From Parvularia atlantis (taxonomy: Eukaryota): a stretch of 64,000 bases of DNA. Positions 1 to 12,471 of this stretch are shown here, one piece after another; within the stretch, counting starts at the first letter, position 1; the number at the start of each line of letters is the position of its first letter. The notes under the pieces were generated by a model, which saw only the letters and a program-made list of their open reading frames with translations, did not search any database and was not told where the DNA came from. Location of the stretch: the NCBI GenBank assembly GCA_943704415.1, contig CALSCO010000787.1, positions 1 through 64,000 on the forward strand, in the 5' to 3' direction. The position numbers were made by a program, and so were the translations under genes.

Positions 1-1857
1 CCCCCTCCCTCTGCGCGCGTGCGGCCCGGTCACGTCGCTGACGCAAGGGTGGCACAGGTCTACGAGACGCCCGAGGGCGAGGTCGACACGCTCGAGACTC
101 TGCCGCGGTCGAGCAGCGGGCGCCACGTTGTGCCGCCCGTGGCGTTCTGGTGTGCCTCGCCGCCTGTCTGTACCTCCAGCCGCGCCCCTGCTGATCACTT
201 GCACACGCAGGATCGGCGAGAAGCTCAAGTACGACCCGTCCGGGCGCATCGCAGGCCTCTCGCGCGGTGACGCCTCGGCCGACGCCTCGCCCGCCGTCGC
301 CAAGCCGCGCCTGCACCGGCTCCTGCAGGGTGCGGCTCACGTCGCAGGGCATGAGCACACCCTGACGATGGCGCCTGAGCAGAGTCGCCGCGACTGCTGC
401 CGAGCGTGCGTGAGGCGTCGCTCAAGCGTGCAGGCCCCGCCGTCGCCGAGCGGCCCGTGATCAAGCGCGCGCGCCTCGAGCCGGTTGCACCGCCCGCACC
501 CGCTCCGCCCAAGCCGGCCCGCAAGGCGCGGCACGTCGACACGAGCGACAGCGACGACGGCGTCGTTATGCAGTCTGCACCTCCTCCCCCTCCTCCTCCT
601 CGCACACGGCCGCCGCCGCGCAAGCAGCGGCAGATCAGCGAAGACGAGGACGAGGACGAGGACGATGTGCCGCTCGCGACCAGGCGCAAGCGCGTGCGCG
701 TGCAGGCCGCCCCGCTCCGCGAGACCCGGGCGACGCGCGCGCGGCAGCAGGAGCTCTCGCCCGTGAGCGTCGCGACGACCGAGCTCGCCGCGACCGCGGC
801 CGAGGACGACACGTGGACCGATGAGGTGCGCATCGCTTGGCAGGCTGCGCTTGCCTGCTGACCGGCAGCGCGCAAGCAGCAAATCGTCGCGCTTCAGAAC
901 GCCGTATGGGACGTGCCGCCGTCTGCCGTCAACTTCTTCGAGGAGGGTGCGCACGGGCGTCTCGTGGCGGCAAGATCGTGTCTCACTCGGACGCAGTCGC
1001 GCGGCTTGTCCCGGGCAAGACGGCGGCGCAGTGCCAGCGCAAGGTACAGGCAAAGACGTACGCCAAGCCGCCGCTGCCGACGGCGAAGGCGGCTGTGGTG
1101 CGCCCCTCGCTGCCCGCTGAGTGACGAGCAGCTGACGGCCGGTGCGCAGAGCGAGGAGGACGAAGAGGACGAGAAGATCGTGCTGGCGGGCAAGGGCACG
1201 CTCAAGCGGCGGCAGCAGCTGCGGCGCTTCGCTCAGAAGACGCTGGCCGAGCAGGAGGACGACCTCTTCTCGCAGACGGGCCGGAGCACGCCGAGCGCGC
1301 CGCGCGCCCCGCCCTCGCCGCGCCGCACGTCGCTGCGCCTCTCGTCCGCGCACGACCCGCCCTCGCCCGAGATCCTGCGCAAGCTGCCCGCGGACGTGCA
1401 CGACGTCTACCTGCACCGGCTGCAGAAGGAGCAGGTGCGTCGTGACCCTCGCCTGTTGCCCGTGTCTGTCCGACGTGCGAATAGGGCGCGGGGCGCAAGT
1501 GGAACACGGTCAGCGCACGGCCGCCACAGGTCGACGCGCGCCCGAAGCCGGCCGCGGCCAAGGTGAGCCGCGCCGCGGCCGCTCGTGCACATCATTCGTC
1601 TAACGACGCAGCTGCAGCTGCAGCAGACGGCGGTGCGCGCCATGGCCGAGGCCGAGGCGGCGGCCAGAAAGCAGCGGCGGCGGTGGCTGATGGCGCAGGG
1701 CCGCGGCTACGTGGACGAGGACGAGGACGTGGACGAGGACGACAGGCTAGTCACCCTGGACCACGGCGACGACGACGCGGACGACGACGACGGCGACGAC
1801 GGCGAGTTCAGGTTCCTGTCGGCCGACGAGCGCGACGGCGAGTACACTGATGCGTAG
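1..1857 (+). CDS. Mis18BP1/KNL2-like centromere licensing protein (5' partial, multi-exon)
   Basis: Splicing gives RSSSGRHVVPPVAFW|IGEKLKYD (CENP-C-like motif), a SANT/Myb domain (TWTDE..LQNAVWDVPPSAVNFFEEVARLVPGKTAAQC) and GTLKRRQQLRRF..EDDLFSQT, which resembles vertebrate M18BP1 GTLKRKQQMREF..DDFFSTT. Acidic tail; TAG at 1855-1857. Confidence 0.75.
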
Positions 1858-1876
1858 AGCGGCAAACCTTTTGTAG

Positions 1877-4800
1877 CTACAGCCGCATGTGGCGGAACAC
1901 GTCGCGCAGGGCCACGGTGAGTAGCGGCGGCGCCTCGTCCTCGGCCGTGAGCGCGTCCGTCAACTCGTCCAGCTGCTGCACAGTCGCCTGCGCCGCGTCG
2001 TCAGCCGACCGCGTGCGCAGGACGCAGGCACAGGCACGCGCCTTGTACGCGTCAAGCAGCTCCCACTCGTCCACAAAGGCGCGCGGCCCGGTCATCGGGA
2101 TAGCCGGCAGCGGCTTCATCAGCTGCGCGACAGGGCGGCGACGTGAGCACATTCAACAGCCACATGGAGACGCACGACGCTATTGGGCAGCGCAGCAGGC
2201 GCCGGTGCCTTGCCCTGTGCGGCACGCGCGGCCGGCGGCGGCGTGCTGCCGCTGCTCGGAGCGATCGCCTTGCGCGCCTGCGATGCCATGCCGTGCGCGT
2301 ACGCCGAGCACGCCAGGTAGAGGTAGCAGCCCTGGTGGAACGCGCGGGCCGGCCCATCCGGCTGTGTGCGCGCACGCGTCTCGAGGAACGTGCGCACGGC
2401 CGTTTTAATGTCGCCGTCAGCGATGGCCTGTCCGTCCATTACTTGTCGTGCACCATAGCAGCAAACGAACGCACCGTGTCAATCTGCTCTAGCAACGACG
2501 CAGTCTCGCGCTCCTCTGCCGTCCGCGGCCGCATGGGCCCGCGCTCGACACGGCGGTACAGCCGGCGCGGCCAACGCTGCAGCGCGCGTCGCAGCGCGTT
2601 GACGCTGACCGTGACCGTCACGACGCGCGGTTGCAGCGACTCAAAGTCAAAAAAGTCGAGACCCTTGGCTGAACGCGCAAAGTAGCGTTAGACGGCACGC
2701 GGCTAGTCGAGTGAGCGCGCACCTTTCTGCCCGGCCGGCGGTTGCTGATCGGCGCGCGGCACAGGTGCTGCACGGTACGTTAGGCGCAGCAAGCGCGCGA
2801 GAGGAAGAAGCCGCACCGGGCATCGAGATCGGTGCCTTCTCGGGCAGCGGCAGCGCGGCGGGCTTGGCGGCACGCGGCGTCGTGAAGCGCGAGCCGATCA
2901 TGCGCTTCTTGGGCTGCGCCTTGTCCGCGGCTTCGTTCTTCTTGCGCTGTGCGGTCGCTGCAGAGCGGGTCAGGCACGACCGAGCGGCTGGGTCAGCGCG
3001 CACCCTCGATGCCGGCGATGTACTGCGCGGCCTCGGGCACGGACGCGACGTGCGCGAGCGCCCCGGCCTCGAATGGCAGGTTGAGCGCCGACATGTACCA
3101 CGTGAAGTTCCAGAACAGCGTCGGCTGCTCGCGCGCAAACTGGTCCTTGCTGCGCCACACGCGGCCCTTGCGCGTCATGAGCGCGTTCTGTGAGCGAGCG
3201 AGGGTCAGGTGCCGCACACTCGCGGGCACACCCGCACCTGGATCTCACTGTAGAAGAGCGACGGCTTCAGCAGCGGCACCTCGAGGTTGTACCGCTCCGG
3301 CACGAACTCGAACGCCCACGGCACGCTGGCGTGACGATGTGAGCGAGCGGGCATATGCACCAGCACTGGCAAACCTAAAGTCGGCGCTGCCGGACGAGGC
3401 GCCGGCTGCGAGGTTCTCAAGCGTCGCAGACGACGCCACGCCGATCGCTGGGCAAACGGGCGATCAGCGTGCGCACGGCCACACAGAGCTGAACGCACCG
3501 TTGACGGCGAGGTTGGATGAGGTGCTGTCGAGCTGCTCGGACGGCGTGCGCCCGTGGCCGCGCTGGCGCTCGGGCGTGCGCGTGGCGGTGAGGCTGCAGC
3601 TGTTGGCGCCCGTGATCGCGTCGAGCGACGTCGCGCCCTGCGCGCCGGTCTTGTCGTCGGGCCGGATGCGGCGCACGGCGATCGTCGCGATCACCATCTT
3701 GCCGCACTTGGGGCACTCAGTGCCTTGGCTGCGCGCACGCTGGCTGAGCCGCCACGGCGCGCAATGCATGCGGGCACACCTGTCGTCTTCTGAGTTCCAG
3801 CCGGCCATGACGTCGATCTCACTTAGTGTACGCTTGCTGCGGCCCGCGGTCAGCAACATGAGCAGCGCTACGAAGCGCGTTCGCACCACTTCTTGCAGAC
3901 GCACAGGACGCCGATCTCGAGCGAGTCCATGTCGACGCGCTGCTCAAACAGCACGCTGCGCTTTGCCTTCGGGCCCTTGCCCGCAGCGTCGGCCATGCCC
4001 ACGCCGGCCATGGCCTGCACATGCCAGCCGTACGTGACAGCGTCGGCCTGGATGCCTGGATGCACGCGCCCGCAAGAGGCGTCAGACGCAAACGTCAGCG
4101 CCTGCTTGTGACGCACCGCTCGACGACATGTCAAGGAACACGAAGCGCGCCTCGTCCGCCAGGCCGCGCTTGCCACAGATCTCCAGCAGGAACTGCACAC
4201 GCGCACAGTCAGCCACGCACGCACGCACGCAGCCGGCCACGCACCTGGTAGACGATGAACGACGGCGTCACGCCTTCGACCTGCTTCAGGTGGAAGAGCA
4301 CGCCGAGCGCGTGGCGCAGCGCGGCCGCGGGCGTGTCGATCGACTCGGCGTACGAGCAGAACAAGCGGAACCAGACGTTGTACAGCGTGAGCTGCGCGGG
4401 CGGGCTTAGTCGCGGCCGCGCGAGCAAGAGCGACGCACTAGGAACTCCTCGCAGACACTGATGGCCGCTTGCTTCTTTGACGGCGAGCGGTAGAGCATGC
4501 TCGAGAAGCTGCGCAGGTTGCGCTTGATGCGCCCCTTTGGCACCAGCAGCGTCGCGCTCGCGAGCGGCGTTTGCGGCGGCGACGTGAGCGACTCGTCCGT
4601 GCCCGCGTCCGTCAGCACGCCCGAAGACCGTTTCGGCAGCGGCGCCGTGATGACCGTGATGGGCTCGGGCGCGCTGTGCACGTCGTCACTGTCAGCCACG
4701 AGATGGAATAGAGAGGCGCCTGAACGCACCGCACGGCGGGGAACAGCGCTTGCGAGAGCGTCGGCCAGCGGTCGTAGACGACCTGTGCCGAGCGCGGCGT

Positions 4801-7800
4801 CAGACAGGGTGGCAACAGCGACGCCTGCGCGCACCGGCTCGCCGTTGCTCGGCTGCGCGACGGGCGGCATACTGCGGTAGACGCGCTTGGTCTTCATCGC
4901 GCGCGAGCGGGCGCGCGCGGCCAGTGTGCCATGTTTGCTGCTCAGTGGTGTGTCTGCGGCGCGGCCGTCGGCCAGCAAGTGCGCGGAGCGGCGATCCGGC
5001 GCACCGGACGACTGCGCCTGCGTCTCCTCGTACGCCGACAGCTGTGCGTCGAAGAAGACGTGCCGACCGTCGACGCCGGCGTTGTACGTGCGGTCTTCGA
5101 GAAACTTGTTGAACAGCTGCGTGTCAAACAGCGCTGCGTAGCCAAAGCGTGAGTAGACCGCAAAATGCAAGCAAACGGTCCGTGCACCGCGGTAAAACTC
5201 CTTCGCGCTGTTGCTCTTGGCGGAGAGGAAGCCGGCCGCGTCAAAGATGTCCATGATCGAGCCGATGTCGCCCGTCGGCACCTTCAGGTGCTCCATGTAC
5301 TTGGCCATGAGCTGGAACTGGAACGCGAGGAACTCGGCCTGGACGTCGTTGCCCGGCTGCGCTTGCACGTCAGGCGCAGACTGGCACAAACAGCCTCGCA
5401 GCAAGCGCACCAGGCTGATCTGTGCCAAGTCCGTCACGACGTGCTCGCCGACCTTGATGTTGGTCAGCGGCGGCGGCACGGGCGCACCTGGCGTCGCGCG
5501 CAACAGTCAGAACGTGCAACAAGTCGCAACAGCCGTCGCACCGGACGTCGCCGGGCGGCGCTGCTGCGAGAGCACGAGCGTGAGGCGCTCGCCGAGCCGC
5601 TGGTGCTGCGGCAGCCACGGCACGGGCCGCGACGAGCGGATGCGGTTGTAGTCAAGGTCGACGACGCAGACCTCGGACGGGATGCTCTCGGTGCTCTCAA
5701 AGTGCCGGAACGTGGCCGTCGTCATGCCAAAGACGTACGGCACAAACGCCTCGAGAAAGTCGACCAGCGGTGGCGGGAACACTGCGCGCCGCCGTAAGCT
5801 GACACGCACTCGGCAACGCGCGCGTGCGTGCCTGGGATGAACACGTTCGGCCACTTGAACGGGAAGATGAGGTCGGCGAACGTCTCCATGATCGGGTTGA
5901 GCACGCCTGCGCGAGCGCGTGAGACAGCACAGCAGGCTGGCGGTGCGTACACTCGTTCTCGGTGAAGAAGACAATTTTGGCCTCGATCATCATCAGCGTC
6001 ACGACCTGCACGACGTTCTTGACGCTCAGGTGGCGGAAGAGCGTGTCGAGCGGGAACTTGGGCGACGGCAGGCTCTGCAGCTCCGGGCGCCAGAACTCGA
6101 CCACGAACGGCCCGATGCGGTGGTGGATGCGCACCGAGCCCGGTGGCGGCGCGGGGACTGCAGGCGAGCGTGTGTGTGTGTGTGTGTGTGAGACAGAGAG
6201 GACAGGCGATGCGTGCAAAGGGCGCGCACTCTCAAACAGGTTGGCGATGTAGTGCTCGAGCGGCAGCGGGCACGGGTCAAGCGCCGTCAGGCTGAGCAGG
6301 TACACGAGGCACTGGAAGAACGCGTTGTACAGCGGGTACTCGGACAGGATGCACACGCTCTTGAGCAGGTACACAAACTGTGCACGGCTTGCACAGTTCA
6401 GCTGCTGCGCGTGCGGGCGACAGGGCAGCGCACCTTGTCCGTCTCGACGTCAAAATCATCCGCACGCGACGCGTCCGTCACGGACGTGTGCGAGTCGGTC
6501 GCTTCGACGCTGGGCGAGCGCTTGATCGGCAGATGCTGCACGCTGTTGCCGCGCTGCGCCGACGTCTGTCCGGACGCGCGCACGGGCGACACGTCGAGCT
6601 CGCTCATGCTGCGCGGCGGGTCGTCGCTGCTGTCCGTCGCCTGGCCGGCACGCGCGCGCTGCGGTGCACCGTCGTCGCGCAGCACGGACGACTGGTCTGC
6701 GCGCAGCGTCAGCACGCCATACGTTCACATGCAGGTGCGCACCCGCGGCTAGGCTCGACTCTGGTGCGGCACCGGACGACCTGCGCGTGCGCGGCGTGAC
6801 GGTCGGCAGCGCGTCGGTCTTCGGCACGCGCTCGTAGAACTGCAGCGCGGCAGCGTGCACCGACTGGCCCTGGTTGTTGGTTAGCACGAACGTGAGCAGC
6901 TTGGCCGTGCCCGGCACGAAGCGGTAGCGCGGCCCTTTGCGAGCGAATGCGTGTCAGCGAGCACAGGTGCTACGCGCGGGTGAGCGCACCAGAGGGCTGG
7001 CAAAACATCGGCAGGGCGACGGGCAGCTCGCTGTGGCGGCGGTTGTGCTCGGGGAAGCGGTCGACGAGCACCGAGGCCGTGTCAAACTTCCACGACCTGC
7101 AACCGAGCGTGCGTGCTCAGCGGGCAGCACTGAGCGCGCGCGGAAGACGCACCTGCTCGGCAGCTGCCGCACGACAAAGACTTGCACGGGCGTGTGCCGG
7201 GGCGTGACCGCTGCGACAATGTCATCCGCTGCCGTGTCGATCGAGCGCGCGTGCCGCGGCGTCGTCGTCTGCTGGTCGTTCGGCGTCTCTTGCCCGACCG
7301 CGACGGGCATGGCCAGCATCGACGTGCCGCGGACGGGCGTCTCGGCCGCGGCCGACATCGGGTCTTCGTCTGCCGCGCCGCCCAGCGACGTCGCGATGCT
7401 GAGCCCGCCGCTGTGCGACGAGTCGGCCGAGCGCGTGCGCGGCCGCCTGCTTCCCGTCGCCGACGAGATGCTGCCGCGCCGCCCGCGCGCTGCTGCTGCG
7501 ATCGCGACCGCGTCACGCACCTCGTCCGGATCATCGCCCTGTTTGTGCGCAAACACGTTCAGCGACCACGCTTCAGCCCAGCCCGGGCGATCACGCACGA
7601 TGCAGACTTCGCGGACGTCCTTGCGCTTGTCGTCCTCGTCGTCGTCGCTGTCGTCCTCGCCCGCCGTGCCCGCCGCGCCGTCCTTGTCGTCCGAGCCGAT
7701 TGACGACGCCGTTGCGTCGCTCAGCCGACGTAGCTTGAAGCGGCGCATCGAAGCTGTTTGCATGATCAGACCATGTGCACGGTGTGGCACGAGGTGCGCA

Positions 7801-8588
7801 CAGGTCTCGAGCGCGACGTTCTCGGGGCGCGTGGCCGCGGCGTAGACGAGCGTGACGGCCAGCTGCTCGAGCTCGGTCGCCGCGGGTGCACTCGGCGCGG
7901 CCATCGTGGGCGTGACGGACGACGCGGACGCACGCTCGATCCACAGCAGAAATGTGCGCCCGGGCATGCCCAGGTCCACACGCGCGTCGTGCCCTCCCAC
8001 CGTGCGCTCGATCATCTCGGCGCCGTGCGGCACCAGCTCGCGCGGCTTATCGCCGGCCATCTCCACGAACGCCATGCCGATGATCGGCGTACTGCGCACC
8101 GCGGTTAAGCAGCAGCAAGCACGACAGCGTGAGCGCACCCCGTCTTGGATCGCCGCACGCCCAAAAATGCCGGCGTGCACACGCCGCGCCGGTCCGTCGC
8201 GAGCGACAGGTTCACGGGCACGCCGCGCCCGTCCATCGCGACAAACTCGTACTCGGGCGGGAACTGGTCGCCCAGCAGCGGCTTGACGATGCACACGTCG
8301 CATACGGGCTCCTCCACATGCAGTCCGCTGCGCGCACCGCCGATCAGCCCGCACACGATCCGCGCGCTCCCGCGATGGCGCGCACCAGTCCCGCACGCCG
8401 TCGCCGTACACGAACGGCAGCTGCCGGCGCGCCTCGTCCGGTCCAAACGCGTCATCCGATCGCACGGGTGGCGCAGTGGCCGACGACGACGACGCCGGCG
8501 CGTGGCCCACGACCGCGACGTAGTCGACCAGCGCGTCGACGCGCGGCCCGCCGCGGCCGTCATCATCCTCGTCCACGTGGCTTGCCAT
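1877..8588 (-). CDS. DENND4: DENND4/Crag-like Rab GEF (MABP + uDENN/DENN/dDENN + C-terminal region), many introns
   Basis: ATG 8588 (MASHVD..LVDYVAVVG); MABP-like segment; LPVALPMFCQP; KSVCILSEYP; LIFPFKWPNVFIP; FDTQLFNKFLEDR; IDVMAGWNSEDD..ECPKCG; LFWNFTWYMSALNLP; C-terminal DEAPP..RDVF; TAG at 1877. Introns checked at the 3' end keep the frame. Confidence 0.85.
6169..6190. repeat. (GT)n microsatellite inside a DENND4 intron
   Basis: gtgtgt run visible in the sequence. Confidence 0.9.
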
Positions 8589-8645
8589 GGGCTTGATCTG
8601 TGTATCGCACTGTGAGTTCACTGTGTCACTGACCCTGACTGAACC

Positions 8646-9796
8646 TCAGACGACCTCAAACACAGCCGACACGCCAAAGTGGTCCGAGAGGTGCGTCGGG
8701 CCGCCCTCGACCGGGTGCGCGACCGCCATCTCCTCCACCGCGACCTTGTCCAGGCGCGGGCGCAGCTGCGTGGTGCGCGCGCCGGTGGGGGCGTCCTTGC
8801 GCACAAGGTAGAAGATGTAGTCGAGGCGCGCGTTGTGGCCGCGGTCTTCTGGGTCGCTGATCACGCGCTCGCGCGGGTCGCCGAACGTGACCGGGTGCTG
8901 GCCCTTGTGCGCCTTGAGCAGGACGTCGTGCGGGACGTAGCCCGCGGCGTCAAACATGGCCTCAAGCGACTTGTACTCCCACGACGAGCTGGCGTCGTCG
9001 GGCGCGGCGCGCGCGTTAACGTTAAGGTCACCCAGCAGCAACACGCCCTCGCCGGCGGGGTCGCACTGCGCCTGGCGGGGGAGTGCGTGCGTCAGCTGGC
9101 GAGCAAAGGCAAAGAGCGAAGACGCACGATAAAGTCGACCAGGAGGCGCAGCTGCTCGGCGCGGACCTTGGCACCGACCTCCTCCGGGCCAGGGCACGCG
9201 ACGTATGAAGCCTGCGCAGGGTGATCAGGGCAGATGCAGCGTCAAGCGGATGCGCACCTGCGTGTGCGTGAGGACGACGTTGATGGCGTACTCGCGGCCG
9301 CCGTCGCCCGTGCCGAGCGAGACGCGCGCGAACAGCGCGCCCTTGTCGCAGAACCAGTCGCGGTGCGTGCCGCGCGTGAAGTACATCTCGCGCTGGGCGA
9401 GGATGGGCGTGCGGCTGAGGAGCACGAGGCCGCCATCGATCGCGCCGTGGCGCAGCACGTTGCGCTCGCGCGTGTGCGCGGCGTAGGCGAAGCCGCGCGC
9501 GGCCGCCTTCTCGATCAGCTCGTGCTGGCGCCACGACCCGGCCGAGTACACCTCCTGCAGCCCCACGAGGTCGAACCGCGGCAGCTCCTCGATGATCCCC
9601 GCGAGGCGCTCGGCCTTGAAGTCGTCCGAGGCGAGGCCCGTGCACGTGACGAGCGGCGGGCGCAGGTAGCTGGCGATCGGCCATCAGCGGATGATACGCA
9701 GGTGGCAGAGACGCACGTGTTGAACGAGAGCACGCGCAGCAACGACGGCGCGGCCAGACGCGGGCGCTTGGCCGTCGGCACGCTCTCCTCCGCCAT
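8646..9796 (-). CDS. Neutral sphingomyelinase / Isc1-like exo-endo-phosphatase family enzyme
   Basis: LRVLSFNT, DLVGLQEV, IDGGLVLLSRTPI, DWFCDKGALF, THTQA, LLLGDLN, RLDYIF, HLSDHFGV; ATG 9796, TGA 8646. Confidence 0.85.
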
Positions 9797-9902
9797 ACGC
9801 TCACGGTGAAGCTTCTCAGTCAAGTGCGATGCACCCCTCCATGATGCTGCACTGATCGATTGAACTGTACCAGCGAGCAACAAACATCAGTTAGCGCGAG
9901 GT

Positions 9903-10586
9903 ATGCAGGAGGACCAGGCGCAAACGACGAGCTCGACGCGTGGCGTGACGGCGGCGACGACCGTGTCGCGCAAGCAGCGCGGTGCCGCTCCAGCAACGAG
10001 CGCAGAGGGCGTGACGATGACGCCGCGCAAGAGCAGCAAGAAGCGCAGCAGAGGCGGCGTCGGCGGCGGCGGCGGTGGGGGCGGCGGCAACGAGCGCGCG
10101 CTGCCGCCCGGGTGGGAGATGGCCGCGACGCCCGAGGGCCAGACGTACTTCATCGACAACCGCAACAAGCGTACGACGTGGCTCGACCCGCGCGTCAAGG
10201 GCGCGGAGCAGCCCGACGGCCTGCCGTACGGCTGGGAGGCGGCGACGACCGAGGCCGGCGTGCCGTACTTCATCAACCACCACCTCATGACCACGACCTG
10301 GCGCGACCCGCGCGTGCCCGACGGCATGCCCGACGACGCGCCCGAGCCGGAGGGCCCGCCGCCCGCGCATCCGCGCGCCGCTGCCGCCGCCGCCGCCGTC
10401 GCCGGCCGACGAAGGACGCGCGTCGCGTTCGACGCGCTCGAGCTGTTCCTGATGGCGCTGCTCGCGGCAGTCCTCGCCGTGCTCGTCTCGGGGACGTACT
10501 ACGTCTACGGCGACGACCTGGCGCGCCTCGGCCGCAAGGTGGTGCGCATGGTCCGGCGCGACCTCAAGATCGCGTGGGGGTGGTGA
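9903..10586 (+). CDS. Tandem WW-domain protein with C-terminal transmembrane helix (intronless)
   Basis: [31 protein letters not shown] and [31 protein letters not shown], then hydrophobic [21 protein letters not shown]. Confidence 0.85.
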   Translation: MQEDQAQTTSSTRGVTAATTVSRKQRGAAPATSAEGVTMTPRKSSKKRSRGGVGGGGGGGGGNERALPPGWEMAATPEGQTYFIDNRNKRTTWLDPRVKGAEQPDGLPYGWEAATTEAGVPYFINHHLMTTTWRDPRVPDGMPDDAPEPEGPPPAHPRAAAAAAAVAGRRRTRVAFDALELFLMALLAAVLAVLVSGTYYVYGDDLARLGRKVVRMVRRDLKIAWGW

Positions 10587-10740
10587 GGCGGCTGCCTGAG
10601 ATGTACAAGCCGGCCTACGGCTTGGGCTGCTGCGTGGGTCACGACAAAGGCGAGAGACAAGGCGATGCACAAACTCAGCGTGGGCTGCTGCGTGTGTCGC
10701 GCGACAAAGGAAAAAAAAACAAGCAGAACAAATGGGGTCG

Positions 10741-12217
10741 TTACACGGCCTCGGCCAGCGGCGACGTCGGCGCGGCGGGCGGCGAGGGCACCGCCGCGAT
10801 GGCCGTGGCCGGCGAAGGGACGCTCTCGTTGAACGAGCTCAGCCCGTCGTTGATCACCTGCGCCGCGTCCTCGGGCGCGCGCCCGTTGGCCCCGGCCGCG
10901 CTGCTCTGCCCGTCGGTGCTCGAGTTGCTCGCGCCCACGGGCACCGACGCGAGGTCAAACAGGGCCACGAACGGCACGCCCATCCACGCGAGCGTCATGA
11001 GGATCTTTGGCCGGAAGATCACTGTCAAGGGCACGGTTGAGCACGGTTGCAAAGCAACGCGACTGCGCAACGCACTCAGCTTGCCCAGCGCGATCATCAG
11101 CGGCACAGGCCCCGACAGCAGGATAAACATCCACCTGCGCGCTCGGTTGTCTCAGCCACGTGACGCACAGGCGCCCGGCGCACGCACCAGGGGATGCCCT
11201 GCAGGTAGAACGCGATCACACCCCAGAGCACGATCGCCGTCACGCCGACGTTGAGGCTGAGAAACACGGCGGCCTTGAGGCGAGCGAGCACGAGCGTGAG
11301 TGCTGCCTTGGAGCGGTTCGCCTGTTCGTCACGCCGCGGTCAGACGCAGCAGCGAGCACGGGCAGAGCCGAGCGTGCGCACGGGCACGGCCTGCTGGGCA
11401 CCGACGGCGACGACGGTCGGCTTGAGCGCGTCCGACGAGAGCGTGATGCTCGCGCGGCGCGCCGTCTCCTCGTTGAAACGGAGGCGCTTGGCGACAATGT
11501 CGATGAGGCGCGCGAGCAGCACGGTCATGCCCGCGACCTCGACCACGATGAACGCAAAGTAGGCGATGTAGCCGCCGACGATGGTCGCGCGGCGCGCGGC
11601 GGGGTCGTCGAAGTACGCCGTTTGCGGCAGCACGACGAGCAGCACGAGCTCGGCAGCCCAGAGCGCGACGAGGGTGAGCGCGGCCAGGCGCGTCGAGAGG
11701 CTGATGAGGCGCTCGAGCTGCCGCCGCTCGGCGCTGACCGAGCTGGACGAGACGTTGGTGCCGGCGATGTGGAGCATCCCGGCGACGAGCAGCGTCGAGT
11801 TGAGCAGCACAGCCAGTCCCAGGAACAGCCACAGCGGCACGGCCTCGCGCAGCACCAGCGACGACGGCGCCGCGCCGGCCACGTAGCCGCACAGCACGGC
11901 CTGCACCGCGCACCACACGAGGTACACGGCCGCGACGTACGGCGGGCCTTGCCTTGTGTCAGCAATGCGAACGACGCTCACGACGCAGCACGCACTGCGG
12001 TCGACGCGCCGCCAGTAGCGCGCCAGCACGCCCTCGGCCAGCAGCGCGATCCACGCGGCCATCCATAGGTAGCACAGCGCGGTCAGCGCCGTCGCGTTGA
12101 GCGCGCACGGCACGGGCTGCACCAGCAGCAGGTCGTCCTGCACGAGCACGTACACGTCAGCGTCAACAAAGGCGCACGCGAGGCACGTGCCTGGCGGTAC
12201 GGCGCGGTGCAGACCAT
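10741..12217 (-). CDS. Orphan multi-pass (about 7 TM) membrane protein
   Basis: ATG 12217, five introns (first is GC-AG, 12138-12190), about seven hydrophobic helices by eye, long loop between helices 5 and 6, Pro/Ser tail, TAA 10741. Confidence 0.65.
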
Positions 12218-12471
12218 TTGTGCCTTCCGCGCCGTGCGTGCGACTGCTGCTGATGCGGGTGTGCGACGCGGACCGAGAGAGAAGCAGACGCGCGGCGCGG
12301 CGAGAGGGCGAACGAAGCGAGGGGCGGGCAGAGCTAGTTCGCAACGGTCAGGCCGAAACGCGCGCGTCGCAGGTGCGTCCCGGGTGCGTTTCGGGCAGCA
12401 CACAACAAAGTCGGCCGGATTAGCCCCCCGCAGCATCGGCCAATCGGCGTGCGCGCGCCACGGTTCCGCCA

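Noticed and set aside
10623..10710. Imperfect ~29-nt direct repeat between the WW and 7TM genes as mobile-element ends
   Set aside because: A short local duplication in 3' UTR space, with no element between the copies.
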